Below, piece after piece: positions 54,380 through 64,000 of a DNA stretch of 64,000 nucleotides; the first letter of the stretch is position 1; each line of letters starts with the position of its first letter. Both the position numbers and the translations under genes were made by a program. The notes under the pieces were generated by a model. It was given only the letters and a program-made list of their open reading frames with translations. It was not told the origin of the DNA and made no database searches. Origin of the DNA: Ruditapes philippinarum (taxonomy: Eukaryota); the NCBI RefSeq assembly GCF_026571515.1, contig NW_026858894.1, positions 1-64,000 of the forward strand, read 5' to 3'.

Positions 54380-55479
54380 CGAGGGTGCTTCAAAACGTAA
54401 TGTTTCTTTTTATATGTGTTTCCTTACTTAAAACTAACGTGTTGGTTGAATAATTCTATTCAGGTATGTAGTCTGATCACAAGCACGAAATCAAAGTACA
54501 TATTGCTTCAAAATAATAAAGATATTCACTTGTATATGTGTGTGACAGTTTGCAGATTTGTTAAAACATTTCAAGCTGGTATATCAAGCATTAAAGATGC
54601 AGGTCGAAAAGGTCGCCCAAACACTCATGTTACCAGAAAGAATGTGTCTTCGGTTGAGGTACTTGAAGAAGAAGATGGGCGATACACAGTGGAAGAGATA
54701 GCCAGTAAGGTAGAACTCTCAAATAGAATAGGAGCGCTCATATTCTGACCCAAAATTTGGGAATAAAAAGATATGTACTCGCTGATTCCCCCAATCACTG
54801 ATCAGAAAAACAGCGCAATAAAGTTTTGTAAACATTTTTCTTTAATTGTTCCGGTACAGTGGTACAAACAACTTCAAAGAAAGAAACAGCTATTACTGGG
54901 TAGTTCATAAAGTGTAGAACAACATAGAATATATACTAAAAAAATGCTCCAAAATAGAGAAAGCAAGAATCCCTAAAGAAAGTCCAACACAACATGATTG
55001 AAAATGTTGCAGGCTCGGTTTAATTGAGCCTGTTCATGGACGGTACTGTAATGTGCAAACTACCGTCCACGCCCCCTAGCACCGGCTTAAGCAGAAGTCA
55101 ACATTTAAAATGAAATGAAAACCCATAAAAGTTTAATTGTCGTAGACTTTCTGATCAAACAAAAAGGTAATATCTTAAACCACCTTCCCTACTCTACTGA
55201 TTCAAGTTCACGTTATTTTTTTTTTCCGGCGGCTCAAAAAAGATCTTTTTGGGCGGAGATATAATAACAGGAGTGCACTTTGGGGCGCAGTGCATCATTG
55301 TCTAACATTGATACCAAGGAAAACAACTATGGGGCTTTTAAGCCATGGATTTTTAGATAAACAAAGTAAATTTCGGTTAAGGGGGCAGATTTCGAAGGGT
55401 TCAAATAAATCATTTTGTGGCACTATTAGCTGTCTTCAATTTTATTTATCAAGAAACATTACCTTTTGAAGCACCCTTG
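54380..55479 (+). mobile_element. Degenerate mariner transposon with transposase relics
   Basis: TA|CGAGGGTGCTTCAAAACGTAATGTTTCTT ... AAGAAACATTACCTTTTGAAGCACCCTTG. Relic peptides FQAGISSIKDAGRKGRP..EDGRYTVEEIA and HLPYSTD (cf. the mariner YSPDLAP motif) at ~55180. Confidence 0.85.
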
Positions 55480-57509
55480 CTTAAAGAGGTCGTTCGCCCG
55501 CTCATCAAATTGATGCAGAAACCATAAAACCTGGAATTCGATTTGTCTATGCTCTGTTCAGGGTTGATCACCTTTGGAATAGATTAATTGTTGTATCATT
55601 CAAAGCCTTTGATATAATAACTTAATCTGCAGCAGCACAATTTTACGCGACATGACGATAATCAAAATTTATTGTTTTTTCATCTGACATAAATAAACTT
55701 ATAAAATATATTTAAAAAAAAAAATAAATGAAAAAGTAAAAAAAAAAAAAAAAAAACATTAAATGGAATCGCAGCAAATTGATAACGTTATCCGTTCTTT
55801 TGTGTTGCTTCTCCTACTCCATCTGTATACGCCAAAACCTAGTCTCTTCTATAGAGCTTCGTTTACCTCACTTGTCACGTTTGAAAATTTGTTGACAAAT
55901 AAGGAGATTTTGATGAATAAAATCGCGTTACTCTTTTTCTTTAACCCTATGGCAGATGAATGAATACTTAACCACAATGAAAGAAGTTCATGAAAAGTGT
56001 ATAGATAAAGTTGTTCTTAAGTTCGAGTTCAAAACGCAATTTTAGGCATGCATGCAAAATAAGCTAAAATTCTAATTAAAGGACATTTAATATTGGAATA
56101 AATAAATCATATATAAATTCAGTTAATAAAATTATTCTTTTATGGCCATCAATTTGATAATATGTTCTACACGGAAACTGCTTCAACGATGAATGCGTGT
56201 TAAATTGCAAATCGTAAGACATTAAATTGTTTAGAATATTTGCGCCATGATTCCGAAAAGTATTGCGTAAATGTTATATTTATATTCACTAAATATTCTT
56301 TTTGATTTAGGATACTTATAGCATAACCGTTTCTGCTACCGACCATTCCGTGTCGAACTTTATTTACAACAAAAATGGTAAGCTCGTGCATCTGGTGCAC
56401 CAGTTTAATTACAAATGACAATGATGTATGCTTTAAGATATAAAATCATTAAGTTCTGTGTTTTGAATAATTTTCAAAACGATTTGCTTGCCATTTTGAG
56501 TGACATAACCATAAATTTCTCTACACAAATCATTATCCAAACGTTTTGTTTGGCATGTTGAGTGACACAACATTTGTTTGTGTATCTTAATCAAATCTTA
56601 AAACGTTTTGATTGTCCTGGTGACTGACATTGTCATTAATTGTTTCATCTTAATCAATGTTAAGAACGTTTTGTCTGGCATGGTAAGTGACATAACTGTT
56701 AATGCATTGTTCTTAATCAATTCTAAAACAAAACGTTTTGCTTTCCAAATTAAGTCACATTCCTATTAACATCGTCAACATATAAAATGTTAAAGTAATT
56801 TACTAGAAGTTTTGAGTGATATTACCATGAATTTGTGCGCCTCTAATACATTCTACAACGTTTAGTCTTGCATGTTAAAGCCAAATAACATGACTGCTGT
56901 AGAAACACGTGTTTGACATCCATTATTACTTGTGTTCTTTTACGGGCCATTTTTTATTTTTCTAAATTACAACAGCATAATAACACTTTGAACTATTATA
57001 CTATATCTGCTTGCATAGGACATGTAAGAGAAAGGAATAAAATCAAGCTACACAGTATCTTCGGAATGATACTGATTGGGACAATGGTAAAAACGCACAA
57101 ATTTGGAAAGCATGGAGAGACGAACCAATTTATGATAGATGAATACCTACGTGTTAGTATTCAAACGATGATTTGTTGATACTTAAATCCAGTTTTTAAT
57201 CACATATTTCTTTCTGATGTGAACATTTATTTACAGGTCCTTGTATTATAATTGACTAAAGATATAACATATTCTATTAAATATTTTTTCCAAATGAATA
57301 TTAAATATATATATGATTGTCTATACATATATATATCGTAAATAAAATTTCAATTCAAATTGTGTTTGATTTTTAGACTTATCTTGCAAAGGATTGGAAT
57401 TAAAATAATTCGGACGACAAGACAGTCTAAACAAGGGTTAGTGAACTATATATTTCGGAGGAAAATGTTTGTTTGCTAGTTTATTTCTCAGGTTTTAAGT
57501 TTCTAGAAA

Positions 57510-57655
57510 GGCCATAAGGTGACTACACAGCGTACATGGTTGATTTAAACTTCAGGTGCCCATCTACGAATAAGCGGGCACCTGAGCAGAACCACCGACG
57601 TTTCATAAGATGGTTTTCTTATGAGAGAGAATCAAAGTCATCTGCCACAAATGAC
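57510..57655 (-). mobile_element. Degenerate copy of the same bivalve-type SINE, next to a poly-T tract (57667-57721)
   Basis: The reverse complement contains ACGTCGGTGGTTCTGCTCAGGTGCCCGCT..GGGCACCTGAAG. Confidence 0.65.
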
Positions 57656-57663
57656 CAGATGAG

Positions 57664-57722
<59 letters not shown>

Positions 57723-57959
57723 TTTCTTTTCAAGCCCTTTATATTCTCGATATTTTTGTGTTGTTTCTGTTAGTAATATTACAATTATTTGAATTGGGTC
57801 TTTACGTATTTCTCAAACCAACCTTATTTGAAAACTTAAAAACGGTTACAAAAATGAGCCAAGTTGTCATAATATCCTAGAACGTGAGTACACTTTACTG
57901 TTGCTCTTTCTAATATGAATAATTAACAACGCTCTAATAAACGCTCGAAAAGATTTTGG

Positions 57960-58720
57960 CGTATATTGTGATACACCGATCGTCCGTTTGTCCGTCTGTT
58001 AGCACTTTTCTTGTCTAGTCTATATCTTTTGAACCGGAGGATCTTGGCAGACATGTTTACCATAGTGAGATAATCTGCAGAGCGAAGGTTTGATCTTTCT
58101 CATGTCAAGGAAACACTTAGCCATTTTGTATCAATTTCATAACTTGGTGTCTATAGAAAAATTAAACATTGTAGGCAAAACATAATATATTATTAAGACA
58201 GTGTTTAGAAAACAGGTTCTGGCTTCCCGAATCAAAGTTGGACCCGGTCGGGGATTTCTATATTTATAAAGACTTATTTAGGAGTTTGCGTCTCCGGTCT
58301 GTATCTTTGAACTGCTGGAATAAAATTGAAACTACTTGGCAGAAATATTAATCATAAAGAGGTGATGTGCAGAGCGCAGGTTTGACCTTTCTGAGGTTAA
58401 GGTTAACGTCACACTAGGTCATTTTGTTATGTTACAGTTTCAAAATTTAGTGTCCGCTTTGTATCTTATGAACCAAAAAAATTACAACATTTTGGCAGAA
58501 ATATTACTTAATTTAATGAATAAATGAGACGGTGTTGAAAACACAGGTTTGGGCTTCCTAATATCAAAATAAGCCCCACCCTGGGGTTTACATATTGCTA
58601 TTTAATGATATTTATATAGACTTATTTAGGAAACAAATTTAAATACATTTTGTGAAACTACAATGTCTAGGGTTTAGATATTAAGCATGTAGCACTACCT
58701 TATTGACCTTTACAAAATTG
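57960..58720. mobile_element. Degenerate HINE/MITE-like element with internal duplicated units
   Basis: TATTGTGAT..CGTCCGTTTGTCCGTC head. Repeated TGTATCTT..GAAC..TTGGCAGA..TGCAGAGCG.AGGTTTGA.CTTTCT and AAACA.AGGTT..GGCTTCC blocks. Confidence 0.5.
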
Positions 58721-59773
58721 GTATGAACGTGCCGGCGATATGCATAACTAAGGATGGGTATCAAACCAGCTAACTAATTAATCACGAAGGGGCTCATGGG
58801 GTCACCGTAAGTAAAGCTCGGACGTCTAAAAATAAAATGTCTTAAAACGTTACCAATTAGTCAACCGGACTATTTTATTCACTTTTCATTCAAAACCTTA
58901 TCTTCTTAATGCAAACTTGAAATTTCTTTGCGTAAATTAGTTTAAGCATTTATATATAGATTTATTGATATATTCAACCCCTTTTCCCATCGGCAACATT
59001 ACATAACAGTATATCGAATCAGTTTAAAATAAACAAAATCAATTTAAAGAAGACAGGGGAAACAAAACAAATATTACATTACACATTTTCTAATATTCAA
59101 ACTTCGAATTATGATACCAAGTACTTAAATGATTTATTGTAAGGGAAACATGACAAGCTTTTTTTAAAATGTTAGTTTTTTTCACATACTTTGTCCATAT
59201 GTCCTGATAGCTGAAATTATGCCGGTACACTAAAACAACTTTGATATATTACTTTTTTATCGATAAATAAGCTATCCTAATAATGAGTATACACTTTGAT
59301 ATATAAAACAGATCTAGCATTAAGTCAAAGACTTTAAGACAACTTACTGTATATCTTACTAAATGTAAAAAGAACACATTTAGCTGAATGCATTATCTAA
59401 AACATATTAAAATTTCTCTGATTCATTGCATCACAATTTAAACAATTACATCCTCTTGCAGTGTGTTTAACATGAGATGGTTTCTTTTCAATAATTCAAC
59501 AGTATGTACAATATTGTTAGTTATAATTTTTAAAGAGGCCTTAACGCGAAAATAGCCTAAATGATAAGGATTACTAGTTGATATGCTGTACCAAGGCTAG
59601 TGAATGTAAAATTTAGCTGTTATGGAACACGTAGCAATTCATTATATATCGATTAATAGGTATTATTAAAAACTACCCTCTAACTTTTCTTCTCGTAACA
59701 TCAGTAAAATAAAAACAAGTGATTTTTATTATTTTATGTTTTCTATCTAGGATAGGATTTCAAAGGTGGAAAT

Positions 59774-61772
59774 ATGAGACTGTATACCGTTAGTTATGTA
59801 GCTAGTACGAGCGTTCTAATTTACCTCGTTTATTTTATATACAAGAACCAGTCTTTGCAATTCTTTGACAAACGTTTCAGCCATAGAAACACACCTGATG
59901 ATAAAACTGAAGTTGTATGGCAAGGTGTATTTCCACATGACCGGACACATGTTGTGCATGCAGAAAATATCAAACCTCTGACTTTATCAATAAAAAGAAA
60001 CAGCTCGTTTGATTACAAAGCTGCCATGACGAAACTGAACGAAGCGAGGGTTAGACAGGACGACCCACGATTAATAAAGTTGATAAGGGATTACTACATT
60101 GAACCGCCATCAAAAACACCATATAACCTCACGAATCCTGAACAATTAGAATTCTCAAACGGACAAACGCCATTTGTTGACAGCAGGCTAAATTATATGG
60201 TAAGACAAATTAGTTGAAATTTCAAGATTTCTTATGTAAAGTTTTCCCCTGTTAGCCTCTGCGACTGAATGCAACTAAGAAATGACTGAATTAAAAGGCA
60301 TTTGCATTCTCAAATTCTGCAGTTAAGGTTGTCTATTATACCTGAAACTTTACTATGTGCACCATTTTCCATTCTCAACAAATTCGGCTGATATTCTCTG
60401 CTTAACCGAAAACAATTGTTCCGAATCTTGCAAATACTCTTTAAAGTAGAATTTCTCCGGATGCATGTTCATTTCATTAAGACTTCAAATTTTAGATTTT
60501 TGTATTTGAAATTGAAATGTATTCACACATTGCAAACGGCACATACAAGCCACGTTAGGTACTAAAAATAGGTAAAATATGCAAGAATAGCCCTTAATGC
60601 GATAGTCATGTAGATAAATTATGTTGAAAAATACCAAAACCAGTCACTTATCGCAAATATAAATATTATAATGTTATACTAAAATATCTGGAGTCATGCA
60701 ACATTCCAAATGCAGCTGCTTTACAATATATTTAATTGAAACCACTTTAATGATAAAATTAAAAATATTTAAGGCTCTCCTTTTTTACTGACGATGTGGG
60801 ACATCAGCAAATTGAGAACGCGTCACTTAAATATAAAAAATGTATACAATTGGTGTCAATTTAAATATAATCTAACACTCAAATGCCGACTTTCCAGTTT
60901 TTAATTATTCATAGAAATATAGCAGTTATGAACACGATATAATTGACCAAAAAAGATGAATAGTAAGATATATGATTTATCGCAATGTAAATTCCTTAAC
61001 AAATTATTCTTCAGGAGGGTGGATTTTACATTGAATGTGGAGCTTTGACTGGGGAAAAAGGATCAAACACCCTCTTTCTTGAAAAAGTACGGAAATGGAA
61101 TGGTTTACTTATAGAGGCAGATCCAGAAAACTTTAAAGTTTTAAAGACTAAGAACAGAAAGGCCTTTACTATGCACGCTTGTTTGAATACAAAACCATAC
61201 CCAGCAGTGGTAGGTACTTTTCACTACATGATGCAAACAAAACTTGACAATAAGAAATCCGTTATTACATAAAAGGCGCTGATTAAGATCCACTTTTAGT
61301 CTAACATTAGAAAGTATCATGTTTTGTGCTCTCACATAAAAATGATAACCATGTATTTATTTCATAATTCCTTTAGATGACGTTTAACAAAGCTTTTAAC
61401 AGAGGCCGAGTCGTCCACAATCAAGAAGCCAAGAATTGGATCAAGAGACATAATATCACAAAAGATGAAGTTCTGGTCCAGTGCTTCCCCCTCTATTCAA
61501 TCCTCCTAGCTTTAGGTCAGGTGAACGTTGATTTTTTAAGTCTAGATGTAGAAGGAGATGAGTTAAATGTTCTGAAGACCATTCCATGGGATAAAGTTTA
61601 TATGAAGATGTTGACAGTTGAGTATGTTCATGAAATAGGTTCATCGGGTGAGTTAAAGAAATATGTAGAAAAACAAGGGTACGATTCACTGTTGCAAGTG
61701 TCAAAAGGTGGCGGAGGTGTTAACGATATCATTTTTAGAAAGAAAGGGCTGACACATAAATATATCATTTGA
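59774..61772 (+). CDS. FkbM / Methyltransf_21 family (Drosophila Star-like) type II membrane methyltransferase, 338 aa; exons 59774-60199, 61015-61209, 61377-61772
   Basis: TM helix VSYVASTSVLIYLVYFIY. Motifs QDDPRLIKLIR, FSNGQ, SAM-binding loop GGFYIECGALTGE..SNTLFLEK..WNGLLIEADP, VQCFPLYSILLAL, DFLSLDVEGDELNVLKTIPW, LTVEY. Two phase-0 GT-AG introns and an intact frame. Confidence 0.9.
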
Positions 61773-62543
61773 AAATGTGTGTAAATCAATTTCATTTGTA
61801 TAGGCCAAACAAAATTAGCAAAGTTGTTGCATAATAATGTAATGGACATTGTGATGAATATTTTAAAGCTTATGTTGGTTGAAGGAATAATTTGTAAAAT
61901 ATTTGACATCATAATTGTGTGTGCATGGAATATTCTTTTGAATATTGACACATGTAAAGGTAAAAGTCAAGTTGGGAAACCAGCCATGTGACGGTAGAGG
62001 ATATATTTCTAAATATACAGTTTAATAAAACATTAACAAGTTCAGCTAAGCAATTATTGTTGAAAATATGATAGATAAAAATTATTATCTATTAAAGGTT
62101 GATTGACATTGTCTGACGGAAAATGGTGTCGGATGTACCTTTTTCGGTACTATGTTTTAGTACAAACAATCTAATTATATTTTGATATGATACTGCTTTT
62201 AGTCAAATCGTTTTCTTATTACAAATTGTCTGAAAACAAACAAATCTCTTAAAACGTTTAACATTCAAGAACGAAAGCATCACATTTCCTTCGGATGTCT
62301 ATTAGACTTTCTGACGAAGAGTTAAGATATCCATGGCATTCAAGAACAAACAAAAAAATGTTTTTAAATCAACAAGACTTAGTGTTTTTTAGTGTTTACC
62401 ACAGCAAGATATTTAATTGTATTTCAAGAAGTCGTTTTGGTTAATCGTTAAATAAAAACATTTGGGATCCTTTTACAGGACTGTACTTTATCGCATTTTA
62501 TCTTTTTAACAAACATGTCATGCAGCGCGTCAAACCATTATGT

Positions 62544-62733
62544 NNNNNNNNNNNNNNNNNNNNNNNNNNNNNNNNNNNNNNNNNNNNNNNNNNNNNNNNN
62601 NNNNNNNNNNNNNNNNNNNNNNNNNNNNNNNNNNNNNNNNNNNNNNNNNNNNNNNNNNNNNNNNNNNNNNNNNNNNNNNNNNNNNNNNNNNNNNNNNNNN
62701 NNNNNNNNNNNNNNNNNNNNNNNNNNNNNNNNN
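62544..62733. other. Assembly gap (N run)
   Basis: Run of N. Confidence 1.
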
Positions 62734-63792
62734 AATTATTTGAAATTGGATGACTATGAAAAGAAGTTAGGTTCAGCATATATACAGTATAGCAAAAGGT
62801 AACTTTACCGGATTTGACATTTTTTCAAGACAGCAAAGTAGTATTATCTGAAAAGTTTTGATAAAGTTAATTTTTTGCTGTAAGAAATGAAAAAGAATGG
62901 TATATCAGTATTTTTGACCCTGCAAATGATTTAGCTTTGATAATGTTGTCGTAACTTTGGGTGTTTGTGGACGGATGGTTGTATGGTTTTTAATCGGAGT
63001 AACTGTTTACTTTGATTTCTTTACAAGAAGTATCGAAGCAATAGGAACAAAGGAAGAATATTTTCAGCCGAGCTAAAAAGGCCTTCGTTAAAAAAGACTG
63101 TTTTGACAACATATGTCCAATGTTTCATCGATACCGTTAAGTTGTAATACAGTAGTTTGTCATATAATGAAATGCAATGATGTTCAATGCTTTTATATTA
63201 ATAATTATATGGAACAACATTTTCTTTAAAAATTTATTACTTTATCGTACTTCCATTTTTAGCATATCTGCTATTCAAAAAATGTTGTGAATACACATTA
63301 TGTGTTTTAATACTTGAAGAGTATTGTTTGAATTGTAGCATTACCTTATACTAGGAGATAAGTATGTTCCATATTGAAATAAAATACGTTTGCTGTTTTA
63401 ACTACACTTTCATCTACACCTTCCTCATCTGACCTGTCACTTAAACATGACCTCAAGTTTAATACTATCGTAGTTATAGATTGCCTGATTTAATGAATGT
63501 ATGTAGCAGCTATAATTATCCTTACAACTCACAATAGCACGTAATATCATATCACGTCATATCATGTGTATTTGTCAGAATAACGTTTATTATTTTCATT
63601 CGTGTACACTATCATAAATCTAACATATGGTTTACATAACTGGTTTGTGATTTGTAAATTTTTATAAGAGTTTGTTCCTCAATCTCCAGATTCAAACACG
63701 TGTTATAATTTTAATGCATCAACGAACTTTTTAACTATGAGAATATCTTTGTTTCGATCTTTTTTTCGACCGGTCATCAATGTTTGTTGATT

Positions 63793-63980
63793 TTAGTTTC
63801 GTCGTGGAAACTTGTATCTCACATATCCCATTAATGCAGCCATATCTTCGTTGAAAGATCTATAAAAGGCATACAGCAAGTCATCCGTCTCTTGTTTAGC
63901 CGGCCAAGTACAGTTTTCTTTTGAAACATTTTTCTTTCTCAAGCTTAAAATTGTATGAATTAACGTGTTATCAACTTCAC
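63793..63980 (-). CDS. Terminal exon of a second CHST15-like sulfotransferase extending beyond the window
   Basis: Acceptor TTTTTATATTTAAG, then an open phase-1 exon: (G)EVDNTLIHTILSLRKKNVSK..KQETDDLLYAFYRSFNEDMAALMGYVRYKFPRRN-TAA. This matches the ET..LL..FY.PFN..LA.LL C-terminus of the family. It is absent from the ORF track. Confidence 0.72.
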
Positions 63981-64000
63981 CTTAAATATAAAAACAACAT

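Noticed and set aside
17385-62802. ORFs containing X runs (near 17.4, 49.3-49.8 and 62.5 kb) and the poly-Phe ORF 57536-57880
   Set aside because: Artefacts of N-gaps and a poly-T tract.

Overview
AT-rich (roughly 30% GC by eye) eukaryotic genomic DNA with GT-AG introns and three N-gaps. The SINE and Helentron-type repeats and the gene families suggest a bivalve mollusc (inference). Every host gene I can identify encodes a Golgi-type glycan-building or glycan-decorating enzyme, drawn from eight different families. Intact: a GT77 nucleotide-diphospho-sugar transferase (8679-9551, -), an uncharacterised GT-A-like protein resembling the N-terminal domain of plant RAY1 (12806-14130, +), a GT2-like/EDD-motif glycosyltransferase (26531-27792, +) and an FkbM/Star-like methyltransferase (59774-61772, +). 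Disrupted: a METTL24-like methyltransferase (19308-22806, +), a WSCD-type sulfotransferase (31651-33678, -, one frameshift), a CHST15-like sulfotransferase (~37330-40779, -) and a GT14 core-2/I-branching relic (~47520-48290, +). The last exon of a second CHST15-like gene sits at the right edge (63793-63980, -). Between the genes lie inverted relics of the same genes, a recurring non-coding module, mariner/pogo/Harbinger-type DNA elements, SINEs and a 2.6-kb tandem duplication. Main hypothesis: an animal biosynthetic gene cluster for a methylated and sulfated glycan that is undergoing birth-and-death turnover. All family assignments are from motif recall, not database searches.
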